Of a stretch of 64,000 bases of DNA, positions 1 to 13,489 are shown piece by piece (the stretch's first letter is position 1; each line of letters starts with the position of its first letter). Below the pieces are notes generated by a model, which had not been told where the DNA came from, did not search any database, and saw only the letters and a program-made list of their open reading frames with translations. Origin of the DNA: Octopus sinensis (Eukaryota); the NCBI RefSeq assembly GCF_006345805.1, contig NC_043002.1:107632001-107696000 (forward strand). Reading direction: 5' to 3'. Both the position numbers and the translations under genes were made by a program.

Positions 1-43
1 AGAAGCCATGAGAGCCACTGCCTGGTACTGCATCAGGGCATTT
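1..43 (-). mobile_element. End of the (AAT)n-embedded ~560 bp non-coding element (family C)
   Basis: Nearly identical to 43392-43432; followed by (ATT)n. Confidence 0.75.
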
Positions 44-59
44 ATTATTATTATTATTA

Positions 60-113
<54 letters not shown>

Positions 114-685
114 TATCATTATTAACCCTCAGGAGGAGAACTTCAACTAAAAGCATTTAGGCGCATAAATTGTGGGGCTTTTTTAAAGCATAATATCCAT
201 AGGAGACGAAGTATCCTGGGGCTAAAATTACAGCAACATTCGTCCTAAACCAGGACTGCCATGTTATGTTGGCAAATAGTCTTTACTCCAAAGTACTGTT
301 GCTGAATATCTCTCGTTGTGAGATTTGCAAATAGGAATTTTCTAATAATATCCTTAATTGTGCACTAGGGGTAGATGTAATCGACTGACCTCTCTACCCG
401 TAATTGCTGGCCTTGTACCTAAATGGGAAACCGATATTACAGTACACACGGAATAAAGGCAACTGGAGCAAATGTCCAACGTCTCGACCGTCACATGATG
501 TGTGTGTGTGTGGGAGGGAGGGAAGATGAACGGGTGCATGTGTGTATGGGTGTAAGTGCGTAGAGTATGGGTGGGGGCATGCGCAACTATCAAGCAACCG
601 CCCACAATCACCCAATTAAAATATTGTTTATAGAGTTTTAATAACAAATCGGTGTCACCTTCGTTTCCTATTTCCATAATACTTT

Positions 686-1110
686 ATGATGGTGGTCGTG
701 GTAATGGCGGTGACAGCGGCGATGGGGTGGTAGTGGTGGGGTGGGTGGTTGAGTGGTAGTAGGGATGGTGGGCGCGATGCGATAGAGTGGCGGGAGTGGT
801 GATGGTAGTAGTGCTGACTGTGGTAATGATGGTGGTGGTGGTGTTGGTGGTGGTGGTGGTGGTGGTGGTGGTGGTGGTGGTGGTGGTGGTGTTGGTGGTG
901 GTGTGGTGGTGGTGGTGGTGGTGGTGGTGGTCATCCTTGTGGTCTCGAGTTGGGGGTCGGGGGTCGCTCGAGACGGATGCGGAGATGGGGTGATGTGGAG
1001 ACTGGTGGTGTTGACGGCGAAACGATTGGCCATTGTTATCGCAGGAGTGAAGGAGGCGGTAAGGGTGGTGCTGATGGTGGTGGTGGTGGTGGTGGTGGTG
1101 GTGGTGGTGG
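686..1110. repeat. (GGT)n-rich microsatellite region
   Basis: Direct inspection. Confidence 0.9.
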
Positions 1111-1249
1111 CTTGGGGTGATACAGTGTCGTGTTTTCTTCTCAGGCAACGAGACGATCCTTTGGTCGTGTTAATCTCTTGTATACCTTTCGACATGTCCA
1201 CGGAAATGGTCCGGCTCAACCGGAACGGAAGAATACGTTTAAATATACA

Positions 1250-1411
1250 GGGACAGGCGCGTGGCTGTGTGGTAAGAAGCTTGCTTCCAAACCACAAGGT
1301 TCCAGATTCAGTCCCACAGCGTGTTATCATGGGCAAATATCTTTTGCTATAACCTCGGGCTAACCAAAACCTTATGAGTGGATTTGGTAGACGGAAACTG
1401 AAAGAAGCCCG

Positions 1412-1455
<44 letters not shown>

Positions 1456-1680
1456 GGTGTGTTAATTTTGTATACGGTTTTGTTCCCCCACCACCGTTTG
1501 ACAACCGGTGTTGTTATGTTTACGTCCCCGTAATCTAGCGGTTCGGTAAAAGGGTTCGATAGACTAAGTACCAAGCTTTAAAAAAATGTACAGCTGTCAA
1601 TTCGTTCAATCAAAATTCTTCAAAGCGGTGCCCCAGCATGACCGCAGTCTAATGGCTGAAACAAGTAAAAGATAAAAGAT
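1250..1680 (+). mobile_element. tRNA-headed SINE family A (diverged copy)
   Basis: A-box-like TGGCTGTGTGG, central (TA)n, tail GGTGCCCCAGCATG..GAAACAAGTAAAAGA; >12 copies in window. Confidence 0.85.
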
Positions 1681-1825
1681 ACATTCGGAAACTGAAGTGA
1701 ATCCTAATTACTCGGCGTAAATAAACAGATTAAAATTGGTAAATTGAGGCGCGGACATCAATTAATGGAACTGGTTTCCATCATTTCAGTCTAAGATGTA
1801 TTTACAAAAGACATACTGTACATTT

Positions 1826-2120
1826 TGAGGACCCCACTTCGGTCACGAATGGCCATGGGATTGCATCTAGAAAGTTCCCCTCCGAGGCACAAGTCCAGTT
1901 GTTTATGGAAGACCAGCAGTCTCCCGTGCATACCAGCCGCCTCTCTCCACGCCACTGATTTTGTCCAAGGGAAAGGCAAAGGCTGATATGTCTTGGTACC
2001 AGTGACGCCGCAACTCGTTTCTACAGCTGAGTGAATTGGAGGAAACGGGAAGTAAAGTGTCTTGCTCAAGAACACAACACAGCCCGGTTCGGGAATCGAA
2101 CTCACAACTACACGATTGTA
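1826..2120 (-). mobile_element. tRNA-headed SINE family F (5'-truncated)
   Basis: Minus strand has B-box GAGTTCGATTCC followed by GTGTTCTTGAGCAAGACACTT..CACTCAGCTGTA central domain. Confidence 0.6.
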
Positions 2121-2197
2121 TAAAGTTTATATTTATGGAGAATCAGTCGATGATTCACTCCTGAGTAGCAATGAAGTCAACCACCAAATGTTTCTCT

Positions 2198-2511
2198 ATA
2201 CACACACACTCATACATACATACATGCATGCATACATACATACATACATACATACATACATAATACATGCATGCATACATACATACATGCATGCATGCAT
2301 ACATACATACATACATACATACATACATACATACATACATACATGCATGCATGCATACATACATACATAAATGCATGCATGCATACATACATACATACAT
2401 GCATGCATGCATGCATACATACATACATACATGCATGCATGCATGCATACATGCATACATACATACATACATACATACATACATACATACATACATACAT
2501 ACATACATACA
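2198..2511. repeat. (TACA)n/(TGCA)n microsatellite
   Basis: Direct inspection. Confidence 0.95.
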
Positions 2512-4263
2512 AAAAAGAGGGATTTCAACCTGAATGCATCATGGTTAAATACAATTTTAGAGAGAATACTGTACCAACACTAACAGTAAAACATACAGTA
2601 GGCAAACTGCAGAATGGGAAGGCACCTGGAAGGGACCTAATAGTTGGATATTGGTACAAGAAGCTGACATTTTATAGAAACCAGTTGATATGTATTTTCA
2701 AAAGGAGTATGGAAGGTCAGACTGATATACCAAATTGGCTTGCTACAGCAAGGACAAATCTTGTTGCCAAAAGTGAAACCGCCGAGAGGACAGGAAACTA
2801 CAGGCTCATTGCTTGCCTAAACATTATGTTATGTACAAACTGTACACAAGTTGCCTCAACCAATTCCTCGTGGATCATTGTGAGTCGAACAACATTGCGA
2901 CTGATGAATAGGCTGGTGGAAAAAAGAGAGTGTGGGGATGGGCCGAACAACTTTTAATAAACAGAGCTCTATTAAGAGCTCTGAAGTAAGAAAACAACGC
3001 AGAAACCTTGTGACAGTATGGCTTCACAATAAGAAGGCATTCGACTCTTATGGCTTTTGAAGTGCCTACATCTGGCAAAGGTAACTACTGCCTTAATTGC
3101 TGCTATAGAGAGACTCACAAAGACATAGACAACAATTCTCACCCTTCCAACTGAAAACAGAATAACAGTTTCAGATACTATAGGCATTTCAGAGGGAATA
3201 TTCCATGGAGATAGTTTCTCTGTACTTCTTTTCATTTTGGCACTAAATCCATTATCGTTCCTACTGCAGAAAACAAATGGTTACATGCTAGGATCTTCAA
3301 CTGCTAGAAATATCAGTGTAACTCATAATTTCTTTGTAGACCTCAAGATTTATGCTAAAAGTGTTAACAATGCCAAAAAGCCACTGGAATTAAATTCATT
3401 TTCAGCTGATATAGGCATGGAATTTGGCCAAAAGAAATGTTCATATTTGGTTATAGAACGAGACAAGTCAGACCCCCAAACCCAAAACGTGTGCATCAAC
3501 GGTCTCTCTATCTTCTCCATTCCACACAAAGTATGTTACAAGTATCTTGGCATTGATGAAAATATATCATATACCGGCACTGTGGATAAAAATAGAGTGA
3601 CCCGAGAATATTACACTAGACTTGCGAAAATATGGCTGTCGGACCTCTCCTCTTACAACGAAACAATATCCCACAATGCATTTGCAGTATCAGTGCTGAT
3701 CCCAACATTTGGGATTCATATGTAGAGGAAATCCACTCCATAGATATCAAAACCTGCAAAATCCTGACAACAACTGGGAACTTGCAAAGAAACTGTGATG
3801 TTGACAGGCGCTACCTAAGAAGAAATGAAGGTGGTAATGGCCTGAGATCAGTGCAGACGGCCTTCGAATGCCGTATAGTATCATTCAGGCAGCACCAGCT
3901 GGACAACAACAGCAAAAATGAATATATAAATGCAGTGCTGAAAAGTGAAGTGAACACCATTGTAAGAGTTGGTAGCGAGCTCCTCAAGAAGCGCTCTCTT
4001 CCTGAAGATCTCCTATACAGCCCCAAAACAGCTGGGCTCTCTTACCTCAGAAAAAAAAAAAGACTATGCATGGGTATGTTGCCTGGAAGCTGGAAGATGA
4101 CAGTAGAATTGACACGAAGCGCAGCCTCGCTTGGACACAAGACCACTACATTACATTACACTTTGAAGGCTATGCGTTTGCAATCCTGCAATAGGAGATT
4201 GTCACAAAGTACCTGGTGAACGACAGTGACGCTCTTGTAATACCAGGGTGCAACCGCATGTGT
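2512..4263 (+). mobile_element. R4/Dong-clade non-LTR retrotransposon, decayed reverse transcriptase region
   Basis: Frameshifted peptides KAPGRDLIVGYWYK, NYRLIACLN..YKLYTSCLN, GIFHGDSFSVLLF.LALNPLS, YKYLGIDE, YLRRNEGGNGLRSV. Confidence 0.85.
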
Positions 4264-4608
4264 GTGTGTGGATGTATATATTTTTTATATTTATTTGTAT
4301 TATTTCTAGAAGTGGAGCGGGAGGCTGGTTTTTCACGAAGAGCAAATGCTCCGTCATTAGAGTTTGGATAATAACGGCAATAATTGTTACACATCAAACT
4401 TTAAAAATGTCTTGCATATTTTTGCTCTTCCACTTTACAGAGTGCATCTGTAAAAGTTCGCGTTAGTTGATTTCTTTATTTGGAAATCTTAGCTCCTACA
4501 GATGTATGTGCGTATGTATGTATGTATGTATGTATGTATGTATGTATGTATGCATGCATGTATGTATGCATGCATGTATGTATGTATGTATGTATGTATG
4601 TATGTATG

Positions 4609-4639
<31 letters not shown>

Positions 4640-4975
4640 GTATGCATGTCTTCTATTTTTTAATTATTATAAATCTTTCACCGAGGAGGGAGCCGGTTTC
4701 CAACAAAGTTTCAAGGCTCCATCTTTGGTGTGTAGTTAACACTGACAAATTCACATTTGGAACTTGAGAAAAGTCTTGCATATTTTCACTGTTCCACTCA
4801 CAGATTGCAATGTAATGTACGAATTAGACGGTCGATTTCTCCTTCTGAAAATCCCGGTTTATCCAGATTCTCCTTTAAGCATTTACTAACAAAACCTAGT
4901 GCTCCAATTATTATTGGTATGAATATGAATTCATAGTCTGGATATAGAACTGGAGGTTTCGAAGGAGTTGTCCAT
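4264..4975 (-). repeat. Inverted duplicate of ~5261-5900 inserted into the R4 element
   Basis: 4270-4505 is the reverse complement of ~5650-5888; 4648-4975 is the reverse complement of ~5261-5590. Confidence 0.9.
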
Positions 4976-5590
4976 AGGCTATGTCATGTTTCCGTGGAAG
5001 ACATTACGCATGGGATTAGCAGCTGTCCTAAAATGTCGTCACGGTACTACCTCCCTATGCGGCACGATGTTGTCACTAAAACAATTTACAATGCCATCCG
5101 CAAAAAAGTCTGTCCTGAAATAAACTTAGAAAATTCCTCTGTTTTGGAATACATTCATAAACACCAGGCCAGATGTTGTTGTTTGAGACAGGGGGACAAA
5201 GGTATGTACCGTCATAAAGATCAGCTGCTCAGCTGCCCTGCAAAGAAAACGAGGATATCTATGGACAACTGCTTCGAAACCTCCAGCTTCTATATCCAGA
5301 CTATGAATTCATATTCATACCAATAATAATTGGAGCATTAGGTTTTGTTAGTAAATGCTTAAAGGAGAATCTGGATAAACTGGGATTTTCAGAAAGAGAA
5401 ATCGACCGTCTAATTCGTACATTACATTGCAATCTGTGAGTGGAACAGTAAAAATATGCAAGACTTTTCTCAAGTTCCAAATGTGAATTTGTCAGTGTTA
5501 ACTACACACTAAAGCTGGAGCCTTGAAACTTTGTTGGAAACCGGCTCCCTCCTCGGTGAAAGATTATAATAATTAAAAAATAGAAGACAT
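4976..5590 (+). mobile_element. 3' part of the same R4/Dong element (CCHC finger, RLE endonuclease remnant, 3' UTR, (TACA)n tail)
   Basis: (C)RLCHVSVEDITHGISSCPKMSSRYYLPMRHD and PIIIGALG motifs; ends in (TACA)n. Confidence 0.85.
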
Positions 5591-5652
5591 ACATACATAC
5601 ATACATACATGCATGCATGCATGCATACATACATACATACATACATACATAC

Positions 5653-5888
5653 ATCTGTAGGAGCTAAGATTTCCAAATAAAGAAATCAACTAACGCGAAC
5701 TTTTACAGATGCACCCTGTAAAGTGGAACAGCAAAAATATGCAAGACATTTTTAAAGTTTGATGTGTAACAATTATTGCCGTTATTATTATCCAAACTCT
5801 AATGACGGAGCATTTGCTCTTCGTGAAAAACCAGTCTCCCGCTCCACTTCTGGAAATAATACAAATAAATATAAAAAAGATATATACA
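5653..5888 (+). mobile_element. 3' end of a second, related R4-like element
   Basis: SGTAKICKTFLKFDV* resembles 5440-5480; flanked by (TACA)n and (CA)n. Confidence 0.6.
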
Positions 5889-5932
5889 TGCACACACACA
5901 CACACACACACACGCACACACACACACACACG

Positions 5933-5973
<41 letters not shown>

Positions 5974-6818
5974 GCACTCATATAATCTATACGCTCTGTT
6001 GGTAGCCATTAAGATCACATCTTGCACTACTGGTAGAAGGCATTTTCTTTCTGTATTTTTTTTTTTCAATATATATTCTTTTTCTTCTTAACAATTGCTT
6101 TTTTTTCTTTTCATTGTTTTCCGAAGAACAGTAAACGGCGACTTAACACTTTTCTTAGCCAGAAAAATAAAATAAAAAGGAAAAAAAAAAACTCCTATAA
6201 AACCAACAAAACTTAGATTGCTATTCTCATAGTGACCTAGTAACCTTCTGGAATAGATTTCTCTCCACCGGAAATAAGAATATCCATTTCGATATGGAGA
6301 GAATATCGAAATAGCAGAAACGAAGGAACAGACTTAGGCACGGTCAGTTCCATTACAATTCTTTCATTCCTTCTTTCTTCCTTCCTTTTTTCTTCTTTCT
6401 TTCTTTCTTTCTTTCTCTCTCCTTCTTTTTCTTCTTCTTCTTCTTCTTCTTCCTCCTCTTCCTCCTCGTCGTCTTCTTCCTCTCCCTCCTCCCCCTTCTT
6501 CTTTTTCTTCCTCCCTCCTACCCTCCTCCTCCTCTTCTTCCTCCGCTCTTCTCCCCCCTCCTCTTCCTCCTCCTTCTTTTCCTTCTTGTTCTTCTTCTTC
6601 TTCACCATCACCGACTCATTTTTCTTTCTCTACTTTTTTCTTCGCTTTCTTCTTACCGCCTCCTCCTCCTCCCCTTCCCCATATAATCATCATCATCAGC
6701 AGCAGCAGAAGCAACAGCAACAACAGAAGCAGATACAATAGTAGTAGTAGTAGTAGTAGTTCCAGTTGCATGAATGAAGAACAGTTGGCGTTGATGTTAT
6801 TGCAGTTTATATGTTAGC

Positions 6819-6864
<46 letters not shown>

Positions 6865-7253
6865 ATTGCTGCTGCTGCGGCAAATTTCTTTCCTTATCAT
6901 TACCATATAAACATCACCGAATTCTGATTAGTCATCATCATCATTGTCGTTGTGTCCATCATCATCATCAGCAGCAGCATCATCGTATTTGTCGTCACCT
7001 ACCTACCAGCGACGAAATCTCGTTAAAGATATATTTATGTCGACGCACCAGATGAACTGGCCAATTTGACACTGCATCAAAGAGCAGCCATAATTTTCCA
7101 AGTTGCTCATACGTATGCATGTGTGTGTGCGTGTGTCTGTGTGTGTGCGTGTGTGTGTGTGTGTATGCGTCTGTGTGTGTGTGTGTGTGCGCCCGTGCGT
7201 ACTGACATTCATTCTCACTCATTCCCTCTCTCACAATATATATAAATGTAGAT

Positions 7254-7296
<43 letters not shown>

Positions 7297-7339
7297 CATA
7301 CATATGGTGAATTATGTGCATGTATAATGTATGTTATAA

Positions 7340-7386
<47 letters not shown>

Positions 7387-7448
7387 TGTGTATGTATATA
7401 TATATATATATATGTATGCACATGTATATATATATATTTTTTTTTTTT

Positions 7449-7655
7449 GTACTTGTTTCAGTCATTTGACTGCGGCCATGCTGGAGCACCGCCTTTAGAG
7501 TGGTGAAAGAGTACAGCAGGGATCACAACCTCCTGCCGGAGCCTCGTGGAGATTTTAGGTGTTTTTTTTCGCTCAATAAACACACACAACGCCCTGTCTG
7601 GGAATCGAAACCGCGATCCTCCGACCGCAAGTCCGCTGCCCTAACCACTAGGCCA
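7449..7655 (-). mobile_element. Chimeric SINE: family B head + family A 3' tail
   Basis: 7497-7655 matches the B head; 7449-7497 matches the A tail. Confidence 0.8.
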
Positions 7656-7798
7656 TATATATATATATATATATATATATAAAGAAAAAGAACTACTGTC
7701 GCTTTCAGATCAATAACACCATGTGACCTGAGTTGACCAATAGAAGCCTAACATTTAGAAACCATTTTGATTTGTCGCAAATTCCTTTGCACTTCTTG

Positions 7799-7850
7799 AT
7801 GCTTGACGACATAGATTCTGTCTATGCAACCACGAAACTTTAAGTTGCAT
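7799..7850 (+). ncRNA. Degenerate minimal hammerhead motif
   Basis: ATGC TTGACGA [CATAGA-TTCTG-TCTATG caaccac] GAAAC TTTAA GTT GCAT; C3>U and damaged stem II. Confidence 0.45.
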
Positions 7851-7866
7851 GGAGCTGACTCAAACT

Positions 7867-8303
<437 letters not shown>

Positions 8304-9411
8304 ATTTCTTTTATTGCCACAGGGGCATAATATTAATAGTGTATGTATGTAAGTATGTATGTATGTATATGCGTGAGTCTGAGTGTTTAAAACCAGGATT
8401 GTTAAAAGAGTGAGCCATCAAACTCGTAATGTGTTCATTGTCTGCAGTACCGTGTATGACACCTCAGTTAGTTTTCGATCTCTAGGTGCTTTGAGTGAAA
8501 GCCTGTTTTGTATTCTTGGGGATTTGTCACAAATTGAACAATGAAAGAGTTTGGAATAACAAAATGTTCGTGTAAAATTCTGTTTCAAATTGAAACAAAA
8601 AGGAACCTCTACGAAGACTTTTCTAATGTTTTGTGGGAAAAGAAGTTTGAAAAGCATATATTCGCTCGTCTGTGCCAGCGTCTAAAATCGGAAAGAACAT
8701 CCACCGAAAACTTATTCCAAATCTAGAAGATTTATTACAAGAAACGATTAACCATATCGGGAAAATATGGCTGAATATTGTCGAATGACTGTTTGTGAAG
8801 TTTCCAAAGAAGTAGACATCTAAAAAGTTGGTGCAACAGGATTTTGAAACAAAATTTGTGGCATGTTTGTAGGCGAATGAACCAAAAGCGCACTTCTTAC
8901 TCGAACTTGTGTGATAGTTTCGGGCAAAAACAAGTTTGTTTTTGTTACGTACCTTTGCCAAGCTATTTCCTTTCAGCTAAATGTTCATTGCTTACGAGTA
9001 ACATTGGTAAAAAGATTAAGGGAGTGACTTACACTTCTGTTTCTGATATTAAATATTCCAGATTTATATTCAAGTTTGCTAAACTGTTTGTGTATACAAG
9101 TTTCTTTCTTCCATTTTTGTTTTGTTCTTTTTTTCGTTTTTACTTTTCTGTTTCTGAGGATGTTGCCAAATGTGTCTTTAGAATCGTTCCCATTATCTTA
9201 AAACTGTTGTTGTTGCCAACAGAAATATCATTAGGAATGTAATATGTATAGTGTTTACGTTTGTGGTTTAAAAAGTATTCTACTGTAAAATACTCGTTGC
9301 TGGTTTTTTTCTTTTGGCTTAAGGTCCGTGAAATCCATTTTTTTAGGCATAATGGTATATATGCAATATTCCAATATCCTTTGAGTAAAATACAAAAGTC
9401 CAACAGAGTTT

Positions 9412-9976
9412 AAAATGGGTCCTTCTAAATATAGAGTTTATAAGCAATGTAAGATTCCCTTATGAGTGAGATCCAGCGGTTTTTGAACTTGGTCATTCCA
9501 AGACCAAGTTTAAAACTGCTGAATCTCACTCATAAGGGAATCTTACATTGTGTATGAACTATATATTTAGAAGGACCCATTTTGCCTATAAAATGGATTT
9601 ACAACTTCAATATCCATACATATCTTGCATCTATTTTCTTTCCTCCACTTCACTCTCTATTTTGTATCACATCTAAACTAACTATGACTTAACTATCCTC
9701 TCACTCCGTCTCCGATGAAGGGATATAATTAGTATATAATTAATAAATATCCTGGAAACAGCTGTATGACCTTCTATCTATAAATGTTCTAATATCTACA
9801 CAGCCTTGGTTTTTTTATCTCATTACGCAAAAAATTCTTATATACACACGCTGACATAGAACCAACCCCTTATTCGCAAAATTACCGAATCTGGAACTTA
9901 ACTATGGTCTGTCTATAGCCCTTATTCAGCATTACCTGACACCTCTGGGTCTCAATGATACCATTATCTCCTAAAC
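9412..9976 (+). mobile_element. Penelope-like element 3' end with 5' inverted segment (hairpin 9412-9583)
   Basis: ~85 bp inverted arms; KFK.LLN-like ORF end near 9505; hammerhead motif at 9708-9770; ends at (TA)n. Confidence 0.65.
9708..9770 (+). ncRNA. Minimal hammerhead motif (variant core CCGAUGA)
   Basis: GTCT CCGATGA A GGGATAT..ATATCCT G GAAAC AGCT GTA TGAC; palindromic ACAGCTGT stem III. Confidence 0.65.
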
Positions 9977-9994
9977 ATATATATATATATATAT

Positions 9995-10250
9995 TATAGC
10001 CTCCGGTCGACCAAAGTCTTGTGAATGGATTTCGTACACGGAAACCGAAAGAAGACTGTTGTATATATGTGTATATTGACAACCGATGTTGCTGTGTTTA
10101 CGTTCCCATAACTTAGCCGTTCGGCAAAAACACTGATAGAATAAGTACTGGGCTTACAAAGAATAAATCTTGTCATCGATTTTTGCGACCAAAGGCAGTG
10201 CTCCAGCATGGCCGCAGTCACATGACTGAAACAAGTAAAACAATAAAAAA
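9995..10250 (+). mobile_element. SINE family A, 5'-truncated
   Basis: Matches body and tail of 16591-16993. Confidence 0.85.
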
Positions 10251-10266
10251 AACTATGCCATTTTAA

Positions 10267-10295
10267 TCCCGAGCAAGGCCGGACATCTCTGCTAG
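10267..10295 (+). mobile_element. Helitron 3' terminus fragment
   Basis: CCCGAGCAAGGCCGG hairpin then CTAG|T, similar to 15513-15540. Confidence 0.55.
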
Positions 10296-10351
10296 TCTAT
10301 ATACATATACCTATATATACATATATATGCGTTCTTGACCCATTTTGTATT

Positions 10352-10434
<83 letters not shown>

Positions 10435-11577
10435 CATGTATGTATATTACACACAGACACTCACATACATACATACATACATATATACATACATACATAC
10501 ATACATACATACATACATACATACATACATACATTCATACATTCACACAGACACACACAGACACACGTATATGTATACATAGATTTATATCAATTTCGGC
10601 CACTATTTCCCTGGACATATGTTTCCAAAACATTGCAAATTGAAACGCTCCTTAGGTGTAAAATGCTTTCAGAATATATTAGTTTCGATCGACTTTCCCT
10701 GCAACTGGCATACCTCCTTTCTCTCTTCATTCTCCCGTACTCTCACCCTCTCCATATATATATCTTTCGTCCATTTTCGTGTTTCCTTTTCTCACATTCC
10801 CTTTTGTTTTGTTTTTTTTTTTTGTCTTTCACTGTTATTACTCCACTTTCTTTTACATCTCGGTCACCATTTTGTTGACCGATTTCTCTCCATATTTATC
10901 ACGTAGCCCCATTTTAACACTAAACTTCACCGCCCTTAATGCCGATACTACCGTCCTGTAGGAAACAATCTGATGCTTTTTCCAGTTTTCTGCTTGTTAA
11001 TGTTGTTCGACATCTTACTGGGCCATGTTTGTACAATTTTCTTAAGTTGATAAATATCGACTTTTCGTTGATCAGGCATTGATCTATTGATCTGAAGGTC
11101 GGACGATGTCGTTATGTGTTATTTGTGGTTCACCGAATTACTAAGCTTCCGCCCCCTCTCTCCTTCCCTCTTTCTCCACATGCATTTACATGTGAGCAAG
11201 TGTGTGTGTGTGTGAGGGAGAGAAAGGAGGGCTGAGCACCCACCAGGCTGGTAATTTCTTTGAGGAGACAGCAACAACGTGAAGTTAAGCCTCGTGCTCA
11301 CAGTCTCACAGTCCGGTGCGCAAAAAATTTTTTCCACGATAGTTCCGGACCCCAGTAATGAACTCATTTGCATACAGCCAATCATAGCTCAGCTTGACCT
11401 TGTACACAAACAACTATGCAGAGGTAGTGATGCGAATAATGAAGGATGAAATCCGTTCAGCTCTCAGATTATGCCCAGACGCAAAACCCAACATAACATT
11501 TGTCAATGTACCTTATTTACCTTATTTATATTATTTACATTTGACGGATATTTGTCCTCATCTTGTTTGTTGTTAAC

Positions 11578-11617
11578 ACAACGTTTCAGCTGATATATCC
11601 TCCAGCTTTCATCAGGT
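11578..11617 (-). ncRNA. Minimal PLE-type hammerhead motif
   Basis: Minus: AC CTGATGA A AGCTG-GAGGATATAT-CAGCT GAAAC GTT GT; stem I truncated to 2 bp. Confidence 0.7.
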
Positions 11618-11670
11618 TCTCATTCCTAAGCTATTTTTCGATATTATTATTGTTGTTGTTGTTGTTGTTG

Positions 11671-11721
<51 letters not shown>

Positions 11722-11724
<3 letters not shown>

Positions 11725-11790
11725 GGGTCACTGCCTGGAATCGAACTCGGAATCTTGGAGTTAGTAGTCCGTGCTCTTAACCACTGCGCC
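11722..11790 (-). mobile_element. Short tRNA-derived retroposon with (AAT)n tail
   Basis: Minus: GGCGCAGTGGTTAAGAGC..GAGTTCGATTCCAGGCAGTGACCCGAATAATAAT. Confidence 0.6.
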
Positions 11791-12557
11791 CACGGGCATG
11801 TGGCACAGGCAGTGGAATCGAACTCGGAAGATTAGCTACAAATGGGGATGGGGCGATAATCTCGAGAATCCAGGATTCTCCAACCTCGATAGACCATCAA
11901 AGAAAAAGAACAGATTATTACTTAAGGTCAGTCTAAACCATATATGTGTCCTCCTCTTTTCGCTCGGCTATGGGAGACAAGGTTAGAAAACTATCGTACT
12001 GATGACGCCGGTTGAAGTAGAAACAAATGCCCTCGACTGTTCCCTTATCTCTAGACAATAAACCTTTTCTTTCCCTTAGTAGTGGCAACTTTCGAGAATG
12101 CAACATCATGCAATTTCAAAACAAGAATGCGAAGGAGAGATAAGGCGAGGTCAATGACTCTAGTCACGAAAAGCTACGAATTAAAAGATAATATATCGAT
12201 TATCAGTTATCATGGAGCATTGCTAGATGTGATAAGCCTTATATTAGTAATAAATTTGGTTGTTTTTTTTGAAATACTGGAAATCTTGAAATGCACAAAT
12301 AATTGTAGTAATAAATTTAATCCGCATCTTATCCAAGCAACCAAAAGACCCAACACTCAGAAAAATACGGGAGTGCGTCCTTATAAATGAAACTTCCCCA
12401 AAACTAAATAGGAAATATACATAGTAGATATCATACCCCCATACCCACAGTTTACACTGGTAGAGCAGGATAGTTAGTGGGCTGTTATGTAGATGTATGT
12501 ATTTATGTGTGTATGGGTGTATGGGTGTATGGGTGTGTATATATATATGTATATATA

Positions 12558-12614
<57 letters not shown>

Positions 12615-12660
12615 TATATATATATACATATATACATATACATATATACATATTATATAC

Positions 12661-12757
<97 letters not shown>

Positions 12758-12861
12758 AATAATGAAGGGTGAAATTAATTAATTTGGAATAATTATCAAT
12801 TATATATATATATATATATATAATATATATATATAAAGAAAAACAGGACGCAAAGGATTCT

Positions 12862-12948
12862 GCGGTACATATGTTTCGGGCTTTATTGAACAACTTATAT
12901 CAATGCATAATTGATATAACAGGTAGGTCAAAAGCCTTCTTCAGCCGC
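12862..12948 (-). ncRNA. Type I hammerhead ribozyme motif (intact core)
   Basis: Minus: GCGG CTGAAGA A GGCTTT..(inner hairpin TTATATCAAT/ATTGATATAA)..AAAGCC C GAAAC ATAT GTA CCGC. Confidence 0.8.
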
Positions 12949-13489
12949 GTACAATAACCACACTAAGGACATATATCACATTATAGCAGGTTTGAGAAAA
13001 AGTTTGGGAAAAAAAACTGAGTTATCAAGTATTCACCTTGAATTTTTTGTATATATATATATATATATATATATGTAGATAGATGTATGTGTGGGGGTGT
13101 ATGTACATATGTGTATATGCACATGTATGTAAGCATATGGATATGAAAATTAACAGATCAACATACAGACGGATAGGTACATAGGTTATAAGAACAGACA
13201 AGCATACATACACAAATGGATACTGAAACACATGACTATATACACACACACTGTACTCCACACAAGGACACATATGGAAACACGGATATATATAGAGATG
13301 CACATCCATACATACAAACATGATACACAGTTGCATACACACACACACACACACACACACAGACATGCATACAGAAGGAGACAGAGGTGCATACATATAC
13401 AAACACACGCTCACACACAGACACATACATAGGAAATACACAAACACGAGCATGCAAGCACATGTATATGCAGAATACATTCATACAGA

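Noticed and set aside
11999-12030. CTGATGA..GAAAC spacing like a hammerhead
   Set aside because: Stems I-III do not pair and there is no NUH in register
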